Below are positions 8,395-18,025 of a stretch of 35,958 nt of DNA, in pieces. Where the stretch lies: positions 158,224-194,181 of IMG/VR virus record IMGVR_UViG_3300031949_000004, one strand, 5' to 3'. Position 1 is the stretch's first letter. The number at the start of each line of letters is the position of its first letter. The position numbers and the translations under genes were made by a program. Under the pieces are notes generated by a model. That model saw only the letters and a program-made list of their open reading frames with translations. It ran no database searches and was not told the origin of the DNA. The stretch comes from a virus.

Positions 8395-9603
8395 ATGAGC
8401 TACTTTGCAACACTACGGCAATTGCCCTCCATGCTCGACGCTTTCGGGCGCCTGCGCACCTCCGACCCGCACGCGCTGTTCTCATCCGCCCTGCTCTACG
8501 ACAACGCACCGTTGCTCTGGAACGACGTACAGATCTCCGGAGCTGGAACCTCCTCGACCTACAACACCAACCAGTCAAGCGTCACGCTCGCCGTCTCGGC
8601 CGCAACCGCCGGCCGCCGCGTGCGACAAACCTACCGGCGATTCCTCTACCAGCCCGGCAAAAGCCAGCTCGTCAGCCTGACGGGCATCATCGGCACCCCG
8701 GCTGCGGGCATCACACGCGGGCTGGGGATCTACGATGATGCCAACGGCGTGTTCTTCCAGTCCTCGCCCACGACCGTCAACGTCGTCATCCGTTCATCCA
8801 CAAGCGGGGCGCCGGTCGACACTGTCGTCACCCAGGCCAACTGGAACATCGACAAGATGGACGGCAGCGGACCATCCGGCGTAACCCTCGATCCAAGCAA
8901 GGCGCAGATCTTCTTCCACGACTTCCAGTGGCTCGGCGTGGGGCTCGTACGCTTCGGATTCGTGGTCGACGGCACCTTCTGGCCCGTGCATGCCGAACCA
9001 CACTCCAACCTCACAACCCTCGTCTACATGTCAATCCCGAACCTTCCGCTGCGCTACGAGATCGCAAACAGCGGCGCGGGTGGCGCGGCATCGCTGCTTG
9101 CAATCTGCAACTCCGTACTGTCGGAAGGCGGCATCGAATTCGTCGGACAAGTGCGCACGGCGAGTCGCAACATCACACCTCTCGTCACCCTGAACGACAA
9201 TGATCTCTATCCACTTGTCACAATACGACTGCAAGCAACAAAGCTATCAGCAATCGTTCAACCGTCATCACTATCCGTCCTGTCGACGACAAACGCCAAC
9301 CTAGAGCTGCAATTGTTGCTCAACCCCACGGTGACCGGCACCGCACTGGCATTCTCGGCAGTGACGAATTCCGCCGTCGAAGCCGACGTTGTCGCTACCA
9401 ACGCAACCAAAGTCTCCGCCGGCACCTTGCTCACCTCCGCCCTCGTGGCCGCTCAAGCCTCGATCACGCTCCCAAACCCGGTTGAGTTCCAACTCGGCTC
9501 CTCCATCGCGGGCGTAAGCGACATCCTCGTGCTTGCCGTACGAAGACTAACCGGCGCGGCTGAAACCATCTACGGCACTATCGGCTGGCGCGAAAGCAAC
9601 TAG
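8395..9603 (+). CDS. hypothetical beta-rich Ser/Thr/Gly/Asn-rich protein (402 aa), possibly structural
   Basis: Ribosome-binding site GAGGAAA. Composition typical of virion or surface beta-proteins. No recognisable enzymatic motif. Confidence 0.55.
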   Translation: MSYFATLRQLPSMLDAFGRLRTSDPHALFSSALLYDNAPLLWNDVQISGAGTSSTYNTNQSSVTLAVSAATAGRRVRQTYRRFLYQPGKSQLVSLTGIIGTPAAGITRGLGIYDDANGVFFQSSPTTVNVVIRSSTSGAPVDTVVTQANWNIDKMDGSGPSGVTLDPSKAQIFFHDFQWLGVGLVRFGFVVDGTFWPVHAEPHSNLTTLVYMSIPNLPLRYEIANSGAGGAASLLAICNSVLSEGGIEFVGQVRTASRNITPLVTLNDNDLYPLVTIRLQATKLSAIVQPSSLSVLSTTNANLELQLLLNPTVTGTALAFSAVTNSAVEADVVATNATKVSAGTLLTSALVAAQASITLPNPVEFQLGSSIAGVSDILVLAVRRLTGAAETIYGTIGWRESN

Positions 9604-9604
9604 G

Positions 9605-10054
9605 ATGCCTCGCCCCCGACAAAATCGTCCCGCAACGACGTTCACCTGCGGACACGGACATGTCCACAAGAGCCTCGACGATGCCCTCTACTGCAACCGC
9701 GACCTGCCGCTCACGGAAGAACAGGCCATCGCGCTCGGTCGAACGTGCTCACCAACCCAGATGGACATCTTGCGACACCTCATCACCGGCGACGAACCCA
9801 TGGCCTACTTCAAGGGAGGATTCTGGTCCCTGCCTTCCATCGGCCAGGATACCGATCCAACGTCCAACCGATCATGGGAGGGGCACTGGTACGTCCAAAT
9901 CCAGTCACTCATGGCCCTCGAAAGAAGTGGTATTCTGGGAAGACTCGAAACGGCAACCAACTACGACGCAACCCGGTATCCGGGCCTACGTGATTTCGTT
10001 CTCACCGAACGCGGCCTCCTGGTCGCGCGACTTCTAACAGGAGAAACCCCATGA
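9605..10054 (+). CDS. hypothetical protein (149 aa)
   Basis: ORF immediately after the previous stop. Overlaps the next start by 4 nt. Confidence 0.5.
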   Translation: MPRPRQNRPATTFTCGHGHVHKSLDDALYCNRDLPLTEEQAIALGRTCSPTQMDILRHLITGDEPMAYFKGGFWSLPSIGQDTDPTSNRSWEGHWYVQIQSLMALERSGILGRLETATNYDATRYPGLRDFVLTERGLLVARLLTGETP

Positions 10055-10920
10055 AAGAGCCAGTACAAGGCAAATGGCAGCAGGTCTCCGGCGACATGAG
10101 CTTCGATAGCCACGGCCTCGTGCTCGGCAAAGACGAGGGCAGCTACGTCGAGCTGGTCAAGATCGATCCATGGCTGGAAATGGACTCCGCCGCTCTGAGA
10201 GATGGCTACGGCTTCTGGGACGTCAGCACGACTTCCATCGACAAGGACGACATGGGCATCGATCGCGACGATGTCAAATCGGCCATGAGCTACGTCGGTA
10301 TGAAACCCGAAGAATACGAACAACTCGCACCGCTCTACAAAGCCGAGATCATCGCTAACGCCTCGGGCTACGAAGACAGCCGATCCACCTCGGACTACGC
10401 CGACGCCCTCCCCGCGCCCATCGAAGAGATCGAGTTCTGGGGAGGCCCCGGCTCGAAGTACAACGTGGCGAGCATCAACGACGAGATGCGCATGGCCGTG
10501 GTGAACAAGCTCTACGGCGGCGACTTCGACGAGGACGATCTCCCCGACGACGAGGCCCTGGAGCTGGCCTGGGGCGACGACGAACCTCGCACCTTCGAGA
10601 TCTCGGAAGACCAAGCACAAGCCGTGCGCTACGCCGTCGCCGTGGCCCAGAACACCTACGACTGGCCGGCACCCAAGCACGATGACACCAAACTCATCGT
10701 CGGCAAGGCCAACTTCCAGCAGCTCCTCGAATTCCTGAAAGCCGCACCCGAAAGCGCAGATCTACCTGCCGAAACCATCACCAGACTCCAGGCTGCCTAC
10801 GAGGACTCATTCAAACTCGACTGGGAAAACAAGCGCGAGCAGGTTGCCTACATGATCGACGAGGACGCCAAGGAAGCCAAGAACCTGATCAAAGACCTGC
10901 TCAGCACACTCGGATTCTGA
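10051..10920 (+). CDS. hypothetical highly acidic protein (289 aa)
   Basis: Asp/Glu-rich stretches (DFDEDDLPDDEALELAWGDDEP). Start coupled to the previous gene. Confidence 0.55.
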   Translation: MKEPVQGKWQQVSGDMSFDSHGLVLGKDEGSYVELVKIDPWLEMDSAALRDGYGFWDVSTTSIDKDDMGIDRDDVKSAMSYVGMKPEEYEQLAPLYKAEIIANASGYEDSRSTSDYADALPAPIEEIEFWGGPGSKYNVASINDEMRMAVVNKLYGGDFDEDDLPDDEALELAWGDDEPRTFEISEDQAQAVRYAVAVAQNTYDWPAPKHDDTKLIVGKANFQQLLEFLKAAPESADLPAETITRLQAAYEDSFKLDWENKREQVAYMIDEDAKEAKNLIKDLLSTLGF

Positions 10921-10932
10921 AAGGACACCATC

Positions 10933-11424
10933 ATGGCACGCAAGGTAACCGTTACCCTGTACCAGTTCAACGAACTATCAGCCAGGGCAAAAGAAAAAGC
11001 CCGCGACTGGTTCCGGGAAGCGAGCAGCGGCGACGAGTGGTGGGAGAACGTGTACGAGGACGCCAAGCAGATCGGACTCAGCATCACCAAGTTCGATCTC
11101 CAGGTCGACAAGATCAAGGGCAAGTTCACCATGCCCGCCGAACGCGCTGCCCACGTGATCACGATGGAGCACGGCAAGGACACCGATACCCACAAGCTTG
11201 CCACGGACTTCCTGAACACCAGGTTCGCTTTCCCACAAGACAGCGAACAGGATGAGGCCAATGAAGAGAAGGCACAGCAATTCCTTCTCGACATTCTCGG
11301 TTGCTACCTCTCGATGTTGAAGAGCGAACTCGACGACATCAACTCGGACTACTACATCGACGAAACAATTCGCGCCAACGAATACGAGTTCTACTCCGAC
11401 GGGAGACGCGCTCGCGATCACTAG
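10933..11424 (+). CDS. hypothetical acidic protein (163 aa); weak ArdA-like N-terminal pattern
   Basis: The N-terminus VTVTLYQFNELS loosely resembles the ArdA signature. Acidic composition. Confidence 0.5.
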   Translation: MARKVTVTLYQFNELSARAKEKARDWFREASSGDEWWENVYEDAKQIGLSITKFDLQVDKIKGKFTMPAERAAHVITMEHGKDTDTHKLATDFLNTRFAFPQDSEQDEANEEKAQQFLLDILGCYLSMLKSELDDINSDYYIDETIRANEYEFYSDGRRARDH

Positions 11425-11429
11425 CGATC

Positions 11430-11726
11430 ATGCCCCACAAGCTCACCACCACGGAAGTTCAGGAAATCCAGAAGGCGCTCGATGACGCCCGTGCTGGACG
11501 CGCGACCCTGTCACAGCTCGCGCACGCCCACGACCTGGCAACCCTGGCCGCGAAAGACGGCGTATACCTGAACGGCACCGTGGCGGAGCTGCGCCGGCAC
11601 ATCCACAACCTGGCCCCGGAGCCCGTCTCGAACAACGCGGGCGCGAACCTCATCAACGACACCGTCGTCGGCGTGATCTCGGGCATCGGGATCTACTACA
11701 TCCTGAAAAGCATGGACAAGGCATGA
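11430..11726 (+). CDS. small protein with C-terminal hydrophobic helix (98 aa)
   Basis: Internal ATG of track ORF 11301-11726, placed after the upstream gene ends. C-terminus VVGVISGIGIYYILK. Confidence 0.45.
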   Translation: MPHKLTTTEVQEIQKALDDARAGRATLSQLAHAHDLATLAAKDGVYLNGTVAELRRHIHNLAPEPVSNNAGANLINDTVVGVISGIGIYYILKSMDKA

Positions 11727-12277
11727 GCCTCCAACTCGAAATCTTCTTCGACGGTCCCGTCCCCATGGGCGCCCGCTCCGATCTGCTCGACCGCGAACGG
11801 AACCTCCCGCACGGCTTCGAGATCGTGCCAATCAGCGGCCGAAACTACCTTGCTCGCGCTCGTCGCGCCTGGAAAATGAGCAACTTCCGCCGCGCCGTCG
11901 GACAAAGGATCCAGGATGTCAACTTCCGGCACTACCAGCAAACCGGTACGCACCTGCCAACCTTTGAGCTTGATGTCAAGAGCCCCAAGACGGCTGCCTC
12001 CTGGCCCGGCGCCGAACTCGACTTCACCGCGCACGGTCTACCGCTCCAGGTTGCCAACCGGCTCATCCGAGACCTTGGCGAATGCTCCTTCATCGAACAG
12101 ATAGACATCGACCATCTCGATACAGTGGTCTACGTCATCGTGGTCAGATTCAGGGGCGACCAGCACATGTCATCCGAAGCCCCCTTGCAAGCCTACCTTC
12201 ACGCCCTCACGCGCGATTGGCTCGACGACAACGGGCATGACCGCACCGACTTCACCATCCGAGCACCACGGAGCTGA
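11723..12277 (+). CDS. hypothetical protein (184 aa)
   Basis: ATGA overlap with the upstream gene. Confidence 0.5.
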   Translation: MSLQLEIFFDGPVPMGARSDLLDRERNLPHGFEIVPISGRNYLARARRAWKMSNFRRAVGQRIQDVNFRHYQQTGTHLPTFELDVKSPKTAASWPGAELDFTAHGLPLQVANRLIRDLGECSFIEQIDIDHLDTVVYVIVVRFRGDQHMSSEAPLQAYLHALTRDWLDDNGHDRTDFTIRAPRS

Positions 12278-12281
12278 ACCC

Positions 12282-12557
12282 ATGGCCTACGACCTCCTCT
12301 GGAAGAAACAGATCCCATTCAACTGCGCCATCGGCGCCGTACAAGGGATCCCCGATAGCGGTCCCGTCATGAACGGCATCACCAAACTGTTCGTGCTCGG
12401 CGGAGCCGCCGCGATCGTCTACGGCATCCTCAGAAAAACCACCCAGATCGGAGAAGACAAGAAACTCGTGCAGTTCTACGCCTCCGACGATCCGAAAGTG
12501 ACGCAAGAAATGCCGGCCATGTCGATGAGCGAACTCAGACTGGAGGGAGACCAATGA
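12282..12557 (+). CDS. small membrane protein (91 aa)
   Basis: Hydrophobic segment ITKLFVLGGAAAIVYGIL. ATGA overlap with the next gene. Confidence 0.45.
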   Translation: MAYDLLWKKQIPFNCAIGAVQGIPDSGPVMNGITKLFVLGGAAAIVYGILRKTTQIGEDKKLVQFYASDDPKVTQEMPAMSMSELRLEGDQ

Positions 12558-13285
12558 CCGCGAAAACCGACTGGCGCGATGAAGTCGAGACCTGCGGCGA
12601 GGTGTACGTCTACCAGGCTGCGCTCTACTGTAACGACTGCGCCACGGAAATCATGAACCAACTCGCCAAGGACGGAAAACCCGGTGCTGATCCCAACGAA
12701 GCTGCCCCCGAGGACTCCGACCAATGGCCCCAGGGACCGCATCCCGACGGCGGCGGCGAGGCCGACAGCCCCAATCACTGCGACGCAGGCGATAGCTGCG
12801 AGCGCGCCGTCAAGCTTCCCTGCGGAAGCAAGATCGGCTGCCCGCTCGACCACACTCTGACGATCGAGGGCGCCCGGTACACGAACGAGGAGATCGCCAA
12901 AAACTTGTTCCGCAAGGACAAACACGCTCGCCAGGTCGGTCGGCTATGGGCCGTGCTCTTCCGTGAGTACCTCACCGACGAACTCTTCAAGATCAGCCTG
13001 GAAACCGAAACCCTACCCGAAGATCTCGTCGATCTCCTCTTCGAAATCAAGAACAAGGGTTTCCGGCTGCTGCCCGAGCTGTTCCTGGCCCCCGAAGGCT
13101 ACGAAGGCTACATCTACGGTGGCGGCCACGGCGACAAGACCGATGTCCTCTGGCGCGTGAACGTCTGCGAGAAAGGCGACTTCGTCGACTACAATCTCGT
13201 CGAGCTGCCGACCGGCGAGCTTGCCCAGTACCCGCTCGAAGACCACCTCAAGGAAGCCATCTCGAACGGTGCCTTCGACGACTAG
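12554..13285 (+). CDS. hypothetical protein with Cys-rich N-terminal region (243 aa)
   Basis: CxxC pairs (CNDC, then later C..C). ATGA coupling. Confidence 0.55.
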   Translation: MTAKTDWRDEVETCGEVYVYQAALYCNDCATEIMNQLAKDGKPGADPNEAAPEDSDQWPQGPHPDGGGEADSPNHCDAGDSCERAVKLPCGSKIGCPLDHTLTIEGARYTNEEIAKNLFRKDKHARQVGRLWAVLFREYLTDELFKISLETETLPEDLVDLLFEIKNKGFRLLPELFLAPEGYEGYIYGGGHGDKTDVLWRVNVCEKGDFVDYNLVELPTGELAQYPLEDHLKEAISNGAFDD

Positions 13286-13295
13286 GAGATCACCC

Positions 13296-13556
13296 ATGGT
13301 GAAAAAACAACCAACCGTCGTCATGTGGCAAGGGCTCGGGATCCTTTCACCCAAAGGGATCATCCTCGAAGGCTATGGCGAACACAGCAAGTTCGTGCTC
13401 GACAAACACAAGGCAGCGCCCAAGGGTAGCCGGCTCGTCCTCATCACAGCACGCCTGGAACACGTCTCGCAAAGACAGATCGCCTCTGGCGGCGACTTCA
13501 AGCTCGGCATCGTGCCCTCCAAGAAGTTGCCCCGACGAACCACTACCAAGAAATGA
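13296..13556 (+). CDS. hypothetical protein (86 aa)
   Basis: Ribosome-binding site GGAGATCACCC before the ATG. The same context precedes 14192. Confidence 0.45.
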   Translation: MVKKQPTVVMWQGLGILSPKGIILEGYGEHSKFVLDKHKAAPKGSRLVLITARLEHVSQRQIASGGDFKLGIVPSKKLPRRTTTKK

Positions 13557-14182
13557 ACATGCCATCGCGCGAAGACATGCTTGCCTGGGAACGGTTGCTT
13601 ACCAGCATCGGTGAACAACTCGATGGCGAATGGGAACTCAAACTCCCCGACGACAACAACTGGCACCGCTGGGGCAACCTATCGAACCACGCCGAGCAGA
13701 TCTACCTGACCTTCTACGTCGATAGCTACCGCAAGAAGCTCTGGGTCGGCGTGGAGTTGCCCAAGAACAACAAGGGCGAAAAACCGTACATCGGACACCT
13801 CGGACTCGGCGACGCGCCCAAGATCGGCATGTCACCCGACAAGCCAGCCGAGCAGATTGTACGCGACATCGAACGGCGCCTGCTGCCAGCCTACAGACCC
13901 TTGCTGGCCAAAGCCCTCCAGCTCATCGAGCAGGCCAACGCCTACCACAACAAGGTCGAGAGCATGGCCCAGCAGATCGCCGAGATCGTCGAAGTCGAAA
14001 TTCCTCAAGAACGCTCGGGTCGCCCCTCAGTCAAGTCCACGGTCAACTTCTACCACTCGCGGCTACCCGGCTTCCGCGACAACCTCGGCAGCGCCGAGGT
14101 CCACGACGACGATGTCAAGCTGGAGCTGCGCCTGAGCCACGCCGACACCATCGCCGTGCTCAAGTTCCTGACCGGCAAATAG
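13553..14182 (+). CDS. hypothetical protein (209 aa)
   Basis: ATGA overlap with the previous stop. Confidence 0.55.
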   Translation: MNMPSREDMLAWERLLTSIGEQLDGEWELKLPDDNNWHRWGNLSNHAEQIYLTFYVDSYRKKLWVGVELPKNNKGEKPYIGHLGLGDAPKIGMSPDKPAEQIVRDIERRLLPAYRPLLAKALQLIEQANAYHNKVESMAQQIAEIVEVEIPQERSGRPSVKSTVNFYHSRLPGFRDNLGSAEVHDDDVKLELRLSHADTIAVLKFLTGK

Positions 14183-14191
14183 GAGATCACC

Positions 14192-14560
14192 ATGAAGTCG
14201 TCCGACATGCCCGATCCATTCGACCCTCCCACGCAGCTCACGCCCGAAGAAAAAACCCGCATCGAGAAACTCGCCATCGTCGAAATGCGCGCCAGCAACG
14301 GCGACCCCGAAGCCAGCAAGAAGCTCGCCGAGATCAACGTCGCCTTGAACAATCTCGCCCGGCGCGCGAAAAAGGGCGACACCAAAGCGGCTCGCATCCT
14401 GGCGACGCTCGCTCCCACGGGCCTCGTTCAACAGATCGCCGCAACCTCGAAAAAGGGCAAGCCCCGCCTGGCCATGGCAGGTGGTCTTGGCGAGGAAGAA
14501 ATCACCCTAGCCATGGAAGGTGGAGCGTGCGAACGCGCCGCCCTTCGTCGTCGCCTCTGA
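14192..14560 (+). CDS. hypothetical protein (122 aa)
   Basis: Ribosome-binding site GGAGATCACC. Confidence 0.5.
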   Translation: MKSSDMPDPFDPPTQLTPEEKTRIEKLAIVEMRASNGDPEASKKLAEINVALNNLARRAKKGDTKAARILATLAPTGLVQQIAATSKKGKPRLAMAGGLGEEEITLAMEGGACERAALRRRL

Positions 14561-14576
14561 TCAACAGGAGAAAGTC

Positions 14577-15029
14577 ATGCCCAGAAACGACAATGTATTG
14601 CGACAACTGTGCGACATCAAGTTCGACAAGGCCCTGGAGGTGATGGGCGACGCCCGACAAAAGATGGAGACCGCCTTTCGCGAAAGCTTCATGACGGCCG
14701 CCCTGAATCTCGCCACGGCTGGTATACGGTTCCGTGACGACGAAGATGTCGTCCGGATGGTCGAAGGTGTGCGCCTGGGCAACGCGGAGCACGACCTGGC
14801 GCGCGTGGTTGGCGCGGTCAAGGATTTCGCCGGCAACGTCGAAACCGGCAACGTGGACTTCAGCAGCGGGCTGCCCGTTCCCATCTTCCTGTCCGCCGCT
14901 CTCGCGCTCCTCGATGCTGCCTGGGATCCGAAGCTCATCAAAGATCTATCGCCCCAGGAACTTGAAGATGCCTACCGCAACACGGTTCGCTGTCGAGCCG
15001 CGCTCCTGCCACTGCATCGCCAAAAATAG
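14577..15029 (+). CDS. hypothetical protein (150 aa)
   Basis: Ribosome-binding site AGGAGAAAGTC before an internal ATG of track ORF 14520-15029. Confidence 0.5.
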   Translation: MPRNDNVLRQLCDIKFDKALEVMGDARQKMETAFRESFMTAALNLATAGIRFRDDEDVVRMVEGVRLGNAEHDLARVVGAVKDFAGNVETGNVDFSSGLPVPIFLSAALALLDAAWDPKLIKDLSPQELEDAYRNTVRCRAALLPLHRQK

Positions 15030-15044
15030 CGAACCGGAGGACAC

Positions 15045-15227
15045 GTGCGCTACTTTCTGATCGACGAAGACGAGCTGGCCCGGCTGGAGAGACTCAAGCA
15101 GCGGCTCTATCAAGATCAGCGCCGCATGAACAGCGACGAGATGCGCGACAATGCGCAACGCCTCGACGGTGTCGTGCGGGCTGCAAGGAACTACGAAGTC
15201 TCCCTCGAAGACATCCACAGCAAATGA
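15045..15227 (+). CDS. small hypothetical protein (60 aa, GTG start)
   Basis: Ribosome-binding site GGAGGA before the GTG. Helical, charged sequence. Confidence 0.35.
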   Translation: MRYFLIDEDELARLERLKQRLYQDQRRMNSDEMRDNAQRLDGVVRAARNYEVSLEDIHSK

Positions 15228-15586
15228 ACTGGTCAACCAAACCAAGCCAACGACTCTACGGTGTACAACCCTGGTGGAAACGCCCGCTCGGCGAGGTATG
15301 CCCCCACGGCGCGGAGATCTTCCTGGTCAACGGCTCCTACGTGCGCAACACCTACGACAGCGACTTCACCCAGGGCGGGAATGAATTCGCATACACATTC
15401 ATACCAGCAGGAGAGATCTGGATCGACGAATTCATCCCCGTGGCCGAATGGCCCTTCGTCGCGTTCCACGAATGTCACGAAGCGGAAGACATGCGCCGAG
15501 GCATGTCCTACGACAAGGCCCACGACCGCGCCAAACGACTGGAAGACCACGAACGCCAGCTCATGCGTCCGGGCGAGGTGGCATGA
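15224..15586 (+). CDS. small putative zinc-metallopeptidase-like protein (HExxH)
   Basis: FHECHEAEDMRRGMSYDKAH contains HExxH. A possible third ligand Glu lies about 25 aa downstream. Confidence 0.45.
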   Translation: MNWSTKPSQRLYGVQPWWKRPLGEVCPHGAEIFLVNGSYVRNTYDSDFTQGGNEFAYTFIPAGEIWIDEFIPVAEWPFVAFHECHEAEDMRRGMSYDKAHDRAKRLEDHERQLMRPGEVA

Positions 15587-16701
15587 ACAAGATCGAAAAA
15601 CTCGTAGCCAAGGCCGCCGCGCTTCCCGACGAAGCGAAGAAACTACTCTTACTCAAGGTGCGCAAGGGCACCGACGCAACCATCACCCTCGCGCAGACCT
15701 TGCACCTCGTCGAGCTTGTCGGCGGCGACTGGGCGCTGGAGGCCGGCTTCGTGGCCATGAAGGGCGTCGATAGCAAAACTGGTCGCCCGTTCACGGATGA
15801 AATCCACACCGCGCGATCTGACGGGGAGGATTGGATCAACGACTGTCGCGCCGGGTACAAGGACAAGGAGATCTCGGAGCTACCAAGCCACGCCCAAGCC
15901 GGCGACCGGTTCATCACAGAGGTTTCACCAGTCGGCAAGAACGCCTACGACTGGCTCATTTTCACCTTCATCCAATGGTCAACCGTTTACGGAATCCGCA
16001 TCAACATGCCGGGCGGACAGTCTGCCCTGTTCCTACCCGATGGATCCGAAATCGCCCGCGCTCCCTACGACGCCTATGTCGCCGTCTCAAGCGCCAAGCC
16101 CTACGAACACGGTGTCTTGTATGACATCAAAAGATGGCTCAAGGACGAAACCGACTACAAGACGCGTGTGTGCCAACTCCTAGATATGGAAGAGCACGTA
16201 CCTGCGGCTCAACGAACACGGGACAACACCGGATGTTGTCCTGTGTGTTTCCGCGAAATGAAGCTCAAACCAGGTACGACCATCATGGTCTTGCATGGAT
16301 TCAAACGACCTCATCACGCTGGATATCTCGTCGGCAACTGCTACGGCGTTGGTCGTCCGGCCTACGAGATATCAAGCGAAGGTGTCACAGACTACATCAA
16401 GAACATGCTCCTGATCGAACTCTCCAATCTGGAGATGAGCATCTCGGACGTTGAGGGCAATGCTCTCGATGCCTACCCGAACACCTGGGAATGGCAGGGC
16501 AAACCCATCAAACGCGATCATCTCCGCTTCGAGGAAGCACGACGGCGATATCGCGATGCCCTTGAACGAGAACACGAATACATGACCAGGCACATTACGC
16601 TCTACCGAACGTTCGTGGATGAATGGAAACCGCGCGAGCTGCCCAGGGAAGGTGGACCCCCGCGCAAGTGGCTCAACGACATCGTTCGCAAGATCAAGTA
16701 A
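15583..16701 (+). CDS. hypothetical protein (372 aa) with CCPVC...H..HH..C metal-binding-like cluster
   Basis: ATGA coupling to the HExxH gene. Motif GCCPVCFREMK...HGFKRPHHAGYLVGNCYG. Confidence 0.55.
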   Translation: MNKIEKLVAKAAALPDEAKKLLLLKVRKGTDATITLAQTLHLVELVGGDWALEAGFVAMKGVDSKTGRPFTDEIHTARSDGEDWINDCRAGYKDKEISELPSHAQAGDRFITEVSPVGKNAYDWLIFTFIQWSTVYGIRINMPGGQSALFLPDGSEIARAPYDAYVAVSSAKPYEHGVLYDIKRWLKDETDYKTRVCQLLDMEEHVPAAQRTRDNTGCCPVCFREMKLKPGTTIMVLHGFKRPHHAGYLVGNCYGVGRPAYEISSEGVTDYIKNMLLIELSNLEMSISDVEGNALDAYPNTWEWQGKPIKRDHLRFEEARRRYRDALEREHEYMTRHITLYRTFVDEWKPRELPREGGPPRKWLNDIVRKIK

Positions 16702-16710
16702 GGAGACACC

Positions 16711-17154
16711 ATGCCCCGCAAAATGAAACGCGACAAGAAGGGCTTCGCCCACCATATCGGCTACACCAAAAAGCAGATCACCGAACTCCAGTACATGGAT
16801 CCGATCTTGTTTGGCATGGCCAAGGGGCCGTGGGCGCTCGAATGGTCCAACCGCGAAGAGGAGAAGGGACGCAGCTTCTCGGGACAGGACATCTACGAGC
16901 TGGCGCCCAATCCGCCTTCAGACGCCGTCGCCTGGGCCGAAGACATCGCCGCCCAGCTCAAACGTATGAACAACGTCGCGGGGCTCGAAGTCCTCTACGC
17001 CGTGGCCCAGCGTGAAGGTTTCAACAAAGATCGCGAGAACTTCGGCCTGTACCTCGGGTGCCAGGCCGCCGGCCACGGCATCTCCTGGTGCGACGATCTA
17101 CAACCGGGCACCGAAAAGCTGATCGACATTCCTCATCACGAGTTCTACATCTAG
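16711..17154 (+). CDS. hypothetical protein (147 aa)
   Basis: Ribosome-binding site AAGGAGA. Confidence 0.55.
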   Translation: MPRKMKRDKKGFAHHIGYTKKQITELQYMDPILFGMAKGPWALEWSNREEEKGRSFSGQDIYELAPNPPSDAVAWAEDIAAQLKRMNNVAGLEVLYAVAQREGFNKDRENFGLYLGCQAAGHGISWCDDLQPGTEKLIDIPHHEFYI

Positions 17155-17157
17155 ACG

Positions 17158-17451
17158 ATGAACTGCTCTCGCCCAAAATGCCCCGGCCATGGCGTCTGGC
17201 AACCCGTTCTCGGTCTCCGATCGTCCGTCAAGGGCAAAGAGATCTCCGCGCGCTTCGCCCAGCTCAACCTCTGCGAGATGCACAAAGACCAAAACCGGCT
17301 CGCCGACTACCTCACCCAGTCAACATGGGATAGAATCACACGGTTCATGCGCGAGAACGGCAAGCCCGCTCCCCAACGTAACCTGACAACCCTGACCTAC
17401 ATCCTCGTCGACTCCCCCAAATCGACCGACACCGAAGACCTCCCATTCTGA
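17158..17451 (+). CDS. hypothetical protein (97 aa)
   Basis: ORF 3 nt after the previous stop. Confidence 0.45.
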   Translation: MNCSRPKCPGHGVWQPVLGLRSSVKGKEISARFAQLNLCEMHKDQNRLADYLTQSTWDRITRFMRENGKPAPQRNLTTLTYILVDSPKSTDTEDLPF

Positions 17452-17462
17452 AAGGAACCACC

Positions 17463-17690
17463 ATGGCAAAGTCCGCAGGAACCAAGTACCAATCAAAACG
17501 CTATCCCAAGCCCGTGCGCGAAGCCGCCAAGGACTTCGCCGTAGCCAAGCGCGCCCGCAAAGTGGTCGGCTCGGCTGCCTACGGCAAGCCAGCCGGCTCC
17601 AAGGCCAAACGCGACTACGCGCAGGTCGACGCCGTCTACCAAAAGGCAGGACGCAAGCTGGCCAAGCTGACCGGCTACAAGTGGAACTGA
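17463..17690 (+). CDS. small highly basic protein (75 aa), possible nucleic-acid binding
   Basis: Lys/Arg-rich throughout. Ribosome-binding site GAAAGGAA. Confidence 0.45.
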   Translation: MAKSAGTKYQSKRYPKPVREAAKDFAVAKRARKVVGSAAYGKPAGSKAKRDYAQVDAVYQKAGRKLAKLTGYKWN

Positions 17691-17720
17691 CGATCAACAC
17701 CACCCCAACACCTGGTCATC

Positions 17721-17927
17721 ATGCCCGACAAGAACAATAAATCACAATACCGCAAACTGCGCGGAGGGACCAGGAAGCAGGCATCTCAATTCATTGCAGA
17801 GGAAACAAGGACGCAACAGTATTCCGGGAAACAAGCTGTTGCCATTGGAATATCTCGCGCCATTGCCGAGGAAAAGAAAAGAAACACAAGAACCATGCTC
17901 GGTAACATGGTTCGCAGGTACAAGTGA
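17721..17927 (+). CDS. small basic protein (68 aa) in a low-GC island
   Basis: Basic composition. GC drops locally over 17700-18030. Confidence 0.4.
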   Translation: MPDKNNKSQYRKLRGGTRKQASQFIAEETRTQQYSGKQAVAIGISRAIAEEKKRNTRTMLGNMVRRYK

Positions 17928-17997
17928 CCGACAATTGAATTGCAGCAATCGAATGGGTCGACTGTCGCGTTCTTTAGTAGTCCTACATACTGAACGC

Positions 17998-18025
17998 TTG
18001 ACACCCCATGCCTGGGGCTTAAACT
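17998..18025 (+). promoter_or_regulatory. sigma70-like promoter candidate (TTGACA-16bp-TAAACT) with embedded 5-bp inverted repeat, 8 nt upstream of the 18034 ATG
   Basis: TTGACA at 17998-18003 and TAAACT at 18020-18025. The spacer contains CCCCA..TGGGG. The downstream transcript would be near-leaderless. Confidence 0.3.
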
